Assembly: GCA_048882325.1 (NCBI GenBank)
Contig: JBHLRS010000001.1
Location: forward strand, 32,001-96,000
Direction: 5' to 3'
Source of the DNA: Candidatus Thorarchaeota archaeon
GTDB taxonomy: Archaea > Asgardarchaeota > Thorarchaeia > Thorarchaeales > Thorarchaeaceae
Length of the DNA: 64,000 nucleotides
This document shows, piece after piece, positions 40,037 through 49,208 of the stretch (position 1 is its first letter; the number at the start of each line of letters is the position of its first letter). The notes below the pieces were generated by a model that saw only the letters and a list, made by a program, of their open reading frames with translations, had not been told where the DNA came from and did not search any database. A program made the translations under genes and the position numbers.

Positions 40037-40462
40037 CTGAACGATGATGAAAGACAATCTCGATGGGTTGTCAGGAATAAACAGCGCATTCAAGTTGGGG
40101 GATTCATCCTACTCATTGCAGCAATCATCTGGGAGATTCATGAGGGTGTGACAGGTATAGTAATGGTCATCTCAATGTTGCTTATCTTCTCAATTATTGG
40201 CCCGGTAAAGGGCGATCCCTATGATAAGACAAAGGATCTTGGATCATACATATCACTCACCGAGAGTATGCTCTACAGATCTGACACGCCAGTCGAGGAA
40301 TTTCAATATCTCATCTACCGATTCGTGACACTTGACAAACTCTCCCAAGGTCAGACTGATACTATCCTCAGGCACTTTGCAGGTCGAGCTGACAATGTTG
40401 GCGTTGAAGCAAGAAGACTGCTTAGAGATGAGGAGGAGGAGGAAATAGTTAGTGAGGATTGA
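40037..40462 (+). CDS. Hypothetical two-TM protein (probable CTG start)
   Basis: GGAGG 9 nt before the in-frame CTG at 40037; the ORF-track start lies inside glyS. Confidence 0.55.
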   Translation: MNDDERQSRWVVRNKQRIQVGGFILLIAAIIWEIHEGVTGIVMVISMLLIFSIIGPVKGDPYDKTKDLGSYISLTESMLYRSDTPVEEFQYLIYRFVTLDKLSQGQTDTILRHFAGRADNVGVEARRLLRDEEEEEIVSED

Positions 40463-41096
40463 TCCACAAACACACTATAGAGATGAGATCTGTGAAGCTA
40501 TTGAGGCTACTCTACGTACTAGTTCTGAATTTGATGAGTGGACCGTACACCGGTTGAGGATTGATAGAAAATTGGCTAAACCCCATCCTGAACTTCATGA
40601 TCCCTTTGATGTTCGGAACCCTGAAGGGAAACATATGACTTGGTTATTTGAATATGAGCTGGAATTGCTTGACAGCCCTGAGTTACTCGTGGCATACATC
40701 AGGGGCAATTCGGAGAGAATTGAAATTGCTGGTAAGTTAGATCGGCAACTTGCCATTATTGTAATCGCTGTGATGTTAATCTCTCCAAGTATAATCTTCT
40801 TTCCTTGGAGACCTGATTCTCTGTTTCGTTTCACATGGGGCGTAGTGGAACTGGCACTTGCAATTTCACTTATGGCTTATCTTGTTCGTCGGAGGAACCA
40901 AGCATTAACTAGAATGGACGTTATCAATGCTAGAAACGATCCGTCTTTTCGTGAAGCACTCCGAATTCTATCCATACTTTCTGATCGTAGTGAACTGGGA
41001 GGTATGGAGGAATACTTCAAGAGGTATGAAAGAATGGACTTGCACTTAGTTATTGATTCCAATGCAAAAATAGAAAATCATGGGAAAGAGAGATAA
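40452..41096 (+). CDS. Hypothetical two-TM protein
   Basis: GGAGG upstream, overlap with previous stop, two TM helices. Confidence 0.6.
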   Translation: MRIDPQTHYRDEICEAIEATLRTSSEFDEWTVHRLRIDRKLAKPHPELHDPFDVRNPEGKHMTWLFEYELELLDSPELLVAYIRGNSERIEIAGKLDRQLAIIVIAVMLISPSIIFFPWRPDSLFRFTWGVVELALAISLMAYLVRRRNQALTRMDVINARNDPSFREALRILSILSDRSELGGMEEYFKRYERMDLHLVIDSNAKIENHGKER

Positions 41097-41134
41097 GGTC
41101 TGCAGCATATCAGAGGTCTGAGAGAGGGTGCCTG

Positions 41135-41584
41135 ATGAACAACACAGACGACCGCGTTGACATCAAGAGTATTCTAGTAGCAGTGGATGGTTCAGAGCAC
41201 TCGCTTAAGGCTGTCCGATACGCTTGCGCGATGGGTCCTTCATTAGGCGCTGAGATTGTTCTGCTACATGTTGTTCCGATGCTTGTTTCTGCTACACCTT
41301 ACCATGACACAGTTTCAGATCAGCCGTTCCTAGCGTTGCAAAAAGTTGGAGAAGACATTCTTGCTCGCGCAAAGACGGTCGCAAGTGACCTTAACTGTCA
41401 GGTCATCGATATGATATCTCATGGAGACCCTGCTGCTAAGATCATTGATATTGCCAGCGAGAGAGGAACTGATATCATCATATTGGGATCACGCGGACTC
41501 AGTGGCATCCGTAGGTTGTTTGTGGGATCAATCAGTGACAAGGTTGCTAGTCATGCTCATTGTCCTGTGATGATTGTTCGATAA
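41135..41584 (+). CDS. Universal stress protein
   Basis: ILVAVDGSEHS.KA, GDPA..I, GSRG......VGSISDKV...AHCPVMIVR. Confidence 0.93.
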   Translation: MNNTDDRVDIKSILVAVDGSEHSLKAVRYACAMGPSLGAEIVLLHVVPMLVSATPYHDTVSDQPFLALQKVGEDILARAKTVASDLNCQVIDMISHGDPAAKIIDIASERGTDIIILGSRGLSGIRRLFVGSISDKVASHAHCPVMIVR

Positions 41585-41610
41585 TTCACCACATAGTGAG
41601 GTTTCTTCCA

Positions 41611-42867
41611 GTGGTCGATTCCAGCAGATGTGGAATCTCGGTTGACATAGGAACTACCAACCTGACCTTTCATCTGACTAGGCATGAAACTGGAGAACTC
41701 GCGGGAGTACTGACACTTGGAAACCCTCAACGTGATTATGGTGAAGAAATCATATCTCGAATCGATTTTGCCAGGAAACCAGAAAATGCATCCCTGCTAA
41801 CTGAGGTTGTTCGTGACACTGTGAATGATGGTATAAATGAAATTCTTCAGAAATCGAATTGTGACCTAGAATCGGTTGACTCTGTTGTGATAGTTGGAAA
41901 CACTGTCATGCACCATCTCTTTTTTGGACTCTCGACCAGTTCTTTACTAAGCCCTCCCTACAGAGCTGAACATAAGGACAGCATTCTAGCCAAACCTTCC
42001 GACTTCGAATTAGAGCTCCCCGATGAAGCACTTTGCTACTCGCCGCCCATAATTGAATCATTCATCGGAGCAGACGCTGTAGCCATGATGCTTGCTAGTG
42101 AGTTTGTCAATTCGGATTCTCGTATCGTTTCAATCGATGTTGGTACTAATACAGAGATTGCAGTCCTAAATGATGGAAAGATTTGGATAGCGTCAGCTGC
42201 ATCAGGTCCAGCATTTGAAGGGATGTCGATAGAATGCGGAACTTCTGGAGATGTGGGTGCCATATACAGAGTCCAGATTGACCCAATCGACTTTAGTCCT
42301 CATTATGAAGTCATTGGTGGAACAAAACCTACTGGTATCTGTGGAACTGGTGTGATTTCCGCGATAGCTGGTCTCTTGGAAACAGGAATGCTTTTTCCAA
42401 GAGGCTCATTCAATCGCAGCCGCATAAGTCCCTGGCTTGTGACCGAGGCACCGATAATTCACTACATACTTACACCAGCATCTGAATCAGCTACTAACTC
42501 AAACATCGTCTTAACTCAGCCAGATGTAAGAATGTTACAACAGTCAAAGGCATCTATTCGTTCTGCATTGGGTATGGTACTTCAATACGCACAATTGCAT
42601 CCCTACGATGTGGATGTGCTGTACCTCACTGGTGTGTTTGGTTCTGGACTAATGATAAACGACGCGATTAGAATCGGTCTGTTACCTGAGATGATTAAAG
42701 CTGATGTGCACCAGATTGTTGGAGGAGCCAGCATAGGAGCTGACCTCATGCATAAACAGGAATGCAGGGAACATGCGGTGAATTTGGTTTCCAAAACTAA
42801 TTATATTGAACTGACTGACAATCCCGAATTCAAGAGTCTGTTTGCGAAGAATCTTCCTTTTCCTTAG
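41611..42867 (+). CDS. ASKHA-fold ATPase, RACo/RamA-type corrinoid reductive activator homolog
   Basis: VDIGTT, G.EIISRI, VGNTVMHHL, FIGADA, IDVGTNTEI, ASGPAFEG, GICGTG, LTQ.DVR..Q.SK. Confidence 0.88.
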   Translation: MVDSSRCGISVDIGTTNLTFHLTRHETGELAGVLTLGNPQRDYGEEIISRIDFARKPENASLLTEVVRDTVNDGINEILQKSNCDLESVDSVVIVGNTVMHHLFFGLSTSSLLSPPYRAEHKDSILAKPSDFELELPDEALCYSPPIIESFIGADAVAMMLASEFVNSDSRIVSIDVGTNTEIAVLNDGKIWIASAASGPAFEGMSIECGTSGDVGAIYRVQIDPIDFSPHYEVIGGTKPTGICGTGVISAIAGLLETGMLFPRGSFNRSRISPWLVTEAPIIHYILTPASESATNSNIVLTQPDVRMLQQSKASIRSALGMVLQYAQLHPYDVDVLYLTGVFGSGLMINDAIRIGLLPEMIKADVHQIVGGASIGADLMHKQECREHAVNLVSKTNYIELTDNPEFKSLFAKNLPFP

Positions 42868-43361
42868 TATACTAGCTCATCCTCGTGAAAGATTTCTCCG
42901 CGGCGAATCCTTGAGGACGAGAGTGGTCTGCCGTCCTTTGTCCTGACTCTTGGTATCACGATGATATGGAACCGCTTGAGTCCATTATCAATACGCATCT
43001 GGTTAATATCAAACGCGTTCTGCACAACCCCTATCTCATCAGAAACAATTAGTGCCTCCAAGTCCTTCATCTTATCCGCACCACCTTCTGTGGTTTCAAT
43101 TGGGAAGATACTTGCTCGCTTGAGGTCAAACTCTGATGCTATGAATTTCTCTAACTCAGTGTACCGCTCAGCATAAGGCTGAATGAGTCTTCTATCACTC
43201 TTGTAAGCTAGCATCTGATCCGTCGTTAGACCGAGTGCTACAGTTCTGCTCAGTTTGAAGGCTGTACGTATGATATGTTTGTGACCTTCGTGGAGATGGT
43301 CGAATGTTCCCGCGAATACAACCTTATTGTAATGGCAAGCATTCGACTCATCTGTTTCCAG
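42864..43361 (-). CDS. coaD: Phosphopantetheine adenylyltransferase (archaeal/eukaryotic type); N-terminus missed by the ORF track, probable CTG start
   Basis: In-frame upstream extension reads LETDESNACHYNKVVFAGTFDHLHEGHKHII...GLTTD; C-terminal LIVSDE and LSSSRIRRGEI. Confidence 0.88.
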   Translation of the reverse strand: METDESNACHYNKVVFAGTFDHLHEGHKHIIRTAFKLSRTVALGLTTDQMLAYKSDRRLIQPYAERYTELEKFIASEFDLKRASIFPIETTEGGADKMKDLEALIVSDEIGVVQNAFDINQMRIDNGLKRFHIIVIPRVRTKDGRPLSSSRIRRGEIFHEDELVY

Positions 43362-43364
43362 TGG

Positions 43365-45365
43365 CTACACACTCCTAGATTCTATGACTCCTGCGTCTGT
43401 AAGGTCCTTTACAATCTGCATCATCTTCGCTGAGTCTATTTCCTTAAATTGGAAACATATCATATCCCAGATAAGATCCAGAGATGTCCAATCTTTTGCC
43501 ATGTTCAACATTTCATCGATTGAAGAGAGAATCTTCCCGTTCTCTTCGCTCAGCTTTCGATATTCTGCCGCCTTTTCGCCAAGGTTGTTCATGATATATC
43601 CCGGTGACATTGCATAGTCATAGATTCGCTTCACCTCGATACCAAAGCTGATTGTATCTAGTGAGATTTGGTCTTCCCGCATAGCTTCAAGTCCAACTTC
43701 AGCACAGGCACCTTCATACGCCTTTCGTGCTACAACCATTTCTGTAGTATAGACCATCTGAAGACTGGTCTTGAGTGATTCACGTAACGATTCCTGTTCC
43801 GATATCAGTGACCATTCATTAGCTGCTTTGTCTAGAGTTTCTTGGCCTAGATCGTGTGCGAGTCCTAGCCAACGAAGAACTCTCGGGTATAGTTTTTCCG
43901 GATCGCCCAAACATCGCGATAGCTCAGTCACACCACGAAGACTTACCGCTTGCATTAGTTCGACAAACTCGTTCCTGCTCTCTGTGAGGATAGTTTCTTC
44001 ATAGACATGATTTGGAAGTGCGTATGAGAGTGCCGATAGAGCTCCAATACGCGAGGCATATCCCATTTGTCTTGCATCAAGTTTGTCCGCAGTATCAGTA
44101 GAAGTGTGGTAAAATCTATCTGGGAACTGATTGAGCATGACTGCTGGGATACCAACAGTACTGTCCGTCAACATGAAGTGGTCACTACCGGGCGAGTAGC
44201 GGTTATACTCGTGAGGCAATGGAGCAACCATTCCACCCTCGCGCCTTTCATCTTTTCTTTTAGCTTCAGACTGCAACCAATACCTTACGACATTGTTCAG
44301 TGTAGTTGGCAATGAGAAAGGTGTCCTGTAAAGATGAAGAACCGAACCAGACTTCGTTGGGTCCGCTCCCACCATGTCCAGATTGATCATCCCTGTGCAA
44401 CGCTTGAGAATGTCCTTCTCATTCTCAATGAATTGAATAGTACCAGACCATTCAGGAATCCATAGAAATCTGATGGAGTAGACCAGTTTGGGTATCTTCT
44501 CTTCCTTGATAAGTCGTGAGAGTACGCGGAGAATTTCCAGTAATGCGCCACTTCCAGAAGCATTGTCGTTTGCTCCTGGATGTGGGTGACAAACGTGGGC
44601 TGCTAACCATATCTCTTTGGACTTGTCTTCTCCAGGCAGTAAAGCTGAGATGACTTGTGTCTTCCCAACTGCTAATGAAGCATCAACTTTGGCTTTTACA
44701 CGAACTACTTTGTTCTCTTCCAACCACTGCTTCAGCTTGATTCCATCTCCCTGTTTCAAGGCGAAACCAAAGGTAGCTTTGTCCTTTGCATCAGCATCCG
44801 GCCAAATTGCATCATATCTTCGCAATTCAGCAAGTTCATCTATGCCCTTTGGAGGTACGAAGGTTAGAACTCCAGCTGCACCATGTTCTTCCACAGCGAC
44901 CTTATGTACAATGCGCGCCAGACTCTCAGTGAGGACAAGATTTCCTTTCACAACTTTGTTATCGTAGTCTGACGGACTAAGACCTTTACCAACATACACA
45001 ACATCCGTTTCAATATCTACAGATGTTGAGTGTGCAATCAGGGAGATCGGTTCTGCATTGAAGTCTGCAAGTGTCTTCTTTTCAGGCTCAAGCAGCTCAA
45101 GTTTTCCATATCTTCCTTCCCACCCGAATGGGTTTTGCCAAGTACCAATTGTCCTTTTCCCATCGGCTGGGTACTCATACACTTTGACTTTGGCATCTGA
45201 AATTGACTCGATTCTATTCTTTAGGTACTCAATAGCCTCTGAGAACCCCGGGCTTGCTTGAATTCTATGGAATGCAGAGATTGCGGTAGCGTAATCCTTT
45301 GCACTGATTCCAGAAATGTTGTCTGTAACGACTTTGACGATATCGTCTGGTAGCATAGTAACCAC
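43365..45365 (-). CDS. M28-family aminopeptidase with PA domain (DUF4910-like)
   Basis: FHRIQASPG, AHVCHP.PGANDNASG, FLWIPE..G, NLDMVG, GSDH, YHTS.D. Confidence 0.85.
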   Translation of the reverse strand: MVTMLPDDIVKVVTDNISGISAKDYATAISAFHRIQASPGFSEAIEYLKNRIESISDAKVKVYEYPADGKRTIGTWQNPFGWEGRYGKLELLEPEKKTLADFNAEPISLIAHSTSVDIETDVVYVGKGLSPSDYDNKVVKGNLVLTESLARIVHKVAVEEHGAAGVLTFVPPKGIDELAELRRYDAIWPDADAKDKATFGFALKQGDGIKLKQWLEENKVVRVKAKVDASLAVGKTQVISALLPGEDKSKEIWLAAHVCHPHPGANDNASGSGALLEILRVLSRLIKEEKIPKLVYSIRFLWIPEWSGTIQFIENEKDILKRCTGMINLDMVGADPTKSGSVLHLYRTPFSLPTTLNNVVRYWLQSEAKRKDERREGGMVAPLPHEYNRYSPGSDHFMLTDSTVGIPAVMLNQFPDRFYHTSTDTADKLDARQMGYASRIGALSALSYALPNHVYEETILTESRNEFVELMQAVSLRGVTELSRCLGDPEKLYPRVLRWLGLAHDLGQETLDKAANEWSLISEQESLRESLKTSLQMVYTTEMVVARKAYEGACAEVGLEAMREDQISLDTISFGIEVKRIYDYAMSPGYIMNNLGEKAAEYRKLSEENGKILSSIDEMLNMAKDWTSLDLIWDMICFQFKEIDSAKMMQIVKDLTDAGVIESRSV

Positions 45366-45435
45366 TCACAGTGGAAAATTCGGGTGATTTTCTCACATAA
45401 GTAGTCTGCGACTCGAACAAAATGATGACTCTGAG

Positions 45436-45477
45436 AAAAAAATACTACTACCGGAGGTGATCTTAGCATCCTCCGGT
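45436..45477 (-). terminator. Hairpin + U-tract terminator of ferritin
   Basis: ACCGGAGG...CCTCCGGT stem, then TTTTTTT on the minus strand. Confidence 0.65.
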
Positions 45478-45495
45478 CATGTTCTTGAATACAAA

Positions 45496-46023
45496 CTAAG
45501 GCGCAGTTGAATCTGCAGGGATTGGTGGTGCTGGCGGACGTGTTCCAAGCTCAGCATCAAGCTGAAGTAGAGCGGGAATTGAGTCCCCAATCAGTTTCAA
45601 CTTGTCGCGAATTTCCATTGTGTTTGCTTCTTCCTCTGTTTGCTCATTGTAGAACCAGGTTAACATTGACTGAGTTGATCTATCACCTTGGCTGTCAGCA
45701 GTGTCACCAATCTTGTAGATTCTCTCAGTAACAATGGTTTCATGATGATAAGCATCAGCAAAAACTTCGTGAGCTGATTTGTATTCTGTCTTTGGTCCTT
45801 CAATTGGTTTCATTAGAACTCGTGCACCACGTTCAGTAAGATGTCTGTAGAATCTCATGGCATGTCCAAACTCTTCCTGATATTGAACCTCCATCCAGTG
45901 GGCCATTCCGGTGAGGTTTTGATCCTCAAACCATGCTGCCATGGCGAGGTAGATGAATGCACTGTACAATTCAAAATTCAGTTGGTCATTTATTGCGTCA
46001 ACTAACTCTTGACTAATCTCCAT
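45496..46023 (-). CDS. ftn: Non-heme ferritin
   Basis: INDQLNFELYS..IYLAM, Q..EE..HA, HE..VT..I, WF..EQ.EEE. Confidence 0.93.
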   Translation of the reverse strand: MEISQELVDAINDQLNFELYSAFIYLAMAAWFEDQNLTGMAHWMEVQYQEEFGHAMRFYRHLTERGARVLMKPIEGPKTEYKSAHEVFADAYHHETIVTERIYKIGDTADSQGDRSTQSMLTWFYNEQTEEEANTMEIRDKLKLIGDSIPALLQLDAELGTRPPAPPIPADSTAP

Positions 46024-46034
46024 AATTATGCACC

Positions 46035-46070
46035 TCAACTTCCATGTTGAATTTCTCAACTCTCAGTTGA
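46035..46070. repeat. Tandem palindromes TCAAC-N6-GTTGA and TCAAC-N5-GTTGA in the ferritin leader
   Basis: 46035-46050 and 46056-46070; the start-proximal copy overlaps the GAGGTG SD. Confidence 0.55.
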
Positions 46071-46238
46071 TTTCACTTCACTATAGCTAATCGACTGTCT
46101 TTAAACTTTCGGTAGGACATTGACGGTTTATACTCAATCTGATTCATTCTTCACGAATTGAATACACCTCTTACATCCAACGAACCTTTTTCTTTTGGAA
46201 AATGAAGTTTCAGTTCTATATATAGCCCGGAGTGAGCT

Positions 46239-48977
46239 GTGAAAATGGTACTTTCAGACCTTACAACTCTGACCATTATGTTTGAGTTTGTTCCCCCTCT
46301 CGTAGTAACTTTGATCTATCTCCTCTTCTTCGGAAATCGTAAGAGTAAGTTCATTGAAGCTTTCATTATTCTGATGTATCTGAAGACCGTGACCTATTTC
46401 TTGATGAATATGGTTCTGCTACCAGTCTCTGTGGGAAGCGGTTTCGACCCATTCGTAGACACTCGAACACTCTCATGGCTTCTTCTTACCGATTTGTTGT
46501 TCCATTTTGTGACTTCACTCCAGGAATATATGATGTGGGTAATGGTGTCATTCTTTGCTGTTATGTTTGGAATGGTCGTTCTCGCAGCCAAACTAGCCCT
46601 CCAGGACCCCTTGAAGATGCGGTTCAAGAATCTAATTCGAAGTATTACTAAACGGGAACCAGAAAGTGATGGTTACACAGGCTTCAGCGATCGATTAGCA
46701 AACATTCGCTTCGAAGGTCTTGAACCCCAACCTCTGAATCCAGAGGTTCAAGATAGAGCATGGAGAGATGCTTGGAGAGATTATCTCATCATTGGTCTTG
46801 CTACACTTATTCCATCGATTCCCATCTATATCGGAGGTGTAACCGCCTTTGTGAATGGATACTCACCTGATGTCTACCTTTGGAATATTATGATTTTTCT
46901 AACCTGGATATACAGATTCGGATATCCAGCATCAAACCGAATTGCCAAAGGTGCGGGTCTACGCCTAGGAAATCGCGATGTTGGTGGAGAAATGATGCGT
47001 GGGGTACTTGGTTGGTTCTTCAGACTCAACCTTGTCCTTAGTTTTGGTCTTGTTGGATTCCAAGTATATCAAGCCTTCACTACTGGAGTTGCAGTGTCAG
47101 AGATTCTCAATGTTTTGTTTGCCTACTACACAGCTGGCCTCATCTATGGTGTACCTCCTATCATTTTTGCAATCTTGCTTCTACCACTTGTTGAGGACTT
47201 TGCAGTTGTTTTGTATAAGAAAGCATTTGACTCAATTACTCAAGCAAGAACAAAAGTATCTAAGATGAACATGGGTGGCGTAATTCGGAATCTAAGCTTG
47301 AGTATAGGAACAGGTCTTGCAGCTACAGCAGCATTTACTGGCTCAGTATTCGCTATCACTTCAAATTACGCAATAGAACGCAGATTATTCCTCTTTTTCC
47401 CTAGAGAGATTGATGATGAATTTGTTGCGGGTGTTCTAATCAATCCAGTAAGTAATCTAGGGATGATGGGCGAAACAATTTGGTTGTTAATGCTCCTGGC
47501 AATACCTTTCGCTATGATTATTGTTCTTGGAATTATAGGTCACTTTGTTTGGAAACGCTCAAAGGGTGGAATAGAATCATTTGCACTATTCTCAGGTTTG
47601 ACTCTATCCATGGTGACCTACTATGTGTTTCCAGGTTTAGATTACATTGTCAATTTTAGCTTAACCCCAGCATATTATGCAGGTGAAGTATTCAACAGAT
47701 TCCGCCCTGTTCTTTCATTTCCACAACCAGAGCAACAATGGGTGCGCCTAGCTTCTCAGTTCATTATCAACATGCCATTGTTCATATTCAGTACACTCTT
47801 CATTCTATACTTCTTCAAGTATAGGGAAAGCTGGAGGAATCAGGTTGGAGAAACTGCTGGGCCTCTATTACATGTCCATCAGAGAGACATCTTCCAGTCT
47901 GCAGTGATGTTCTTTGGAGGTCTCGTACTTTCTATTATTGGTGCATGGGGATTATCAGTACTGATTGCAGACCCGGGGCTAGTTTATAATCTACTTACTG
48001 GTCTATTTAACCAGATTTCTCGACCTGAGGGACTAGAGGCTGTTCTAGTTCCATTCAATCTTGACAACATGATTCCAAGATGGGATCCAGCAGCAGACCC
48101 ATTTGGATGGTTCATCATCTTCGCAGAACACAACATGGTTCGGATTCTCTTGATGTTGGTCCTCGGTCCTATGTTCTGGTCTGCCGCTTTGTGGTTGACT
48201 GGCGTTGAAAAGACTGATAGTGAGAAGAGCATCGGTACTTGGAGTATTGTTACTCTAATAATAGGCGGAGTATTAACTTACGTATGGACGGTTCACGATG
48301 CGAGGATTGGTCTCTTCAACCCCTATAATTTACGGTGGGGCGTTGCTGCACAGCTTGGGCTTCGAGCACTCGTAGTCTTTGGAGCACTGTTTCTTATTGT
48401 AGGTTTGATTGCAATAATCCGCAGTCGTGGAGGAAAAGGTATCGGAGCTTGGTGGTTCCCACTCTTTATCTTCATCTTTGCAGCTGAGTACTTCATCTAT
48501 GATGACCAATTCACCATTATAGCATTGGTCGTACTTCCAATCATTCTAGCCGCGGGATACAAGCTTACTGGACGAGGGCGTGGAGAGGACTTTCTCATCT
48601 CCTACATCAAATTCAGTATAATGTCCTTGGCTATATCAGAAGTGCTGTCAACTGCACTGACTCTTGGGGGAATTGCAATCATCGAGCTCCAGTTCATTGG
48701 GATAAGCCCATTAGAGCTTCTTGCAAGAATTATTCCCCATGCAATTGTAGAGATACCCACCTTCTTGGTTGCTGCTGGTGCTGCGATTAGGATATCGAAG
48801 GATCTATGGCCGATTATAGAGTCCGAGGAATGGGAATCAGTTCCATCCAAGACCCGTGCATTACTTGGTGATGCTCGTACCTGGAGGACATACGCCCTAA
48901 TTGTGTTCTTCCTTGTGATTGCCGCTTTGATTGAGGCGTTCATAACTCCGATTGTCTACTGGATGGTAGTTCTATAG
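46239..48977 (+). CDS. Large polytopic membrane protein with C-terminal SpoIIM (DUF95) domain
   Basis: About 20 TM; C-terminal IIPHAIVEIPTF...LVIAALIEAFITP. Confidence 0.75.
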   Translation: MKMVLSDLTTLTIMFEFVPPLVVTLIYLLFFGNRKSKFIEAFIILMYLKTVTYFLMNMVLLPVSVGSGFDPFVDTRTLSWLLLTDLLFHFVTSLQEYMMWVMVSFFAVMFGMVVLAAKLALQDPLKMRFKNLIRSITKREPESDGYTGFSDRLANIRFEGLEPQPLNPEVQDRAWRDAWRDYLIIGLATLIPSIPIYIGGVTAFVNGYSPDVYLWNIMIFLTWIYRFGYPASNRIAKGAGLRLGNRDVGGEMMRGVLGWFFRLNLVLSFGLVGFQVYQAFTTGVAVSEILNVLFAYYTAGLIYGVPPIIFAILLLPLVEDFAVVLYKKAFDSITQARTKVSKMNMGGVIRNLSLSIGTGLAATAAFTGSVFAITSNYAIERRLFLFFPREIDDEFVAGVLINPVSNLGMMGETIWLLMLLAIPFAMIIVLGIIGHFVWKRSKGGIESFALFSGLTLSMVTYYVFPGLDYIVNFSLTPAYYAGEVFNRFRPVLSFPQPEQQWVRLASQFIINMPLFIFSTLFILYFFKYRESWRNQVGETAGPLLHVHQRDIFQSAVMFFGGLVLSIIGAWGLSVLIADPGLVYNLLTGLFNQISRPEGLEAVLVPFNLDNMIPRWDPAADPFGWFIIFAEHNMVRILLMLVLGPMFWSAALWLTGVEKTDSEKSIGTWSIVTLIIGGVLTYVWTVHDARIGLFNPYNLRWGVAAQLGLRALVVFGALFLIVGLIAIIRSRGGKGIGAWWFPLFIFIFAAEYFIYDDQFTIIALVVLPIILAAGYKLTGRGRGEDFLISYIKFSIMSLAISEVLSTALTLGGIAIIELQFIGISPLELLARIIPHAIVEIPTFLVAAGAAIRISKDLWPIIESEEWESVPSKTRALLGDARTWRTYALIVFFLVIAALIEAFITPIVYWMVVL

Positions 48978-48984
48978 AAATTTG

Positions 48985-49022
48985 GGGAGTGGCTAGACCA
49001 CTCCTACTTCTTTCCTTTTTTT
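48985..49022 (+). terminator. Hairpin + U-tract terminator
   Basis: GGGAGTGG-CTAGA-CCACTCCT followed by a T-rich tract. Confidence 0.7.
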
Positions 49023-49045
49023 ACATTCAATCTGTTCAACGTAGG

Positions 49046-49208
49046 CTTATATTCTAAGTTTCGGACATAAGAGAAAAGCGCCGCTGCTAGGGATATGACC
49101 AATCAAGACTGTTGTCCGGAAACAGTTCTCTTTTGGAACAAGAATGCATCGCACGGTTCTATGCATTTTGAAAGCAGCTGCGGTCGCCAATCAAGTTAAC
49201 TTGAGGTG
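49046..49208 (+). promoter_or_regulatory. Promoter and structured 5' leader of the giant surface-protein gene
   Basis: CTTATATT at 49046; closing stem 49078-49088 with 49173-49187; internal hairpins; palindrome TCAAGTTAACTTGA overlapping GAGGTG. Confidence 0.45.
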
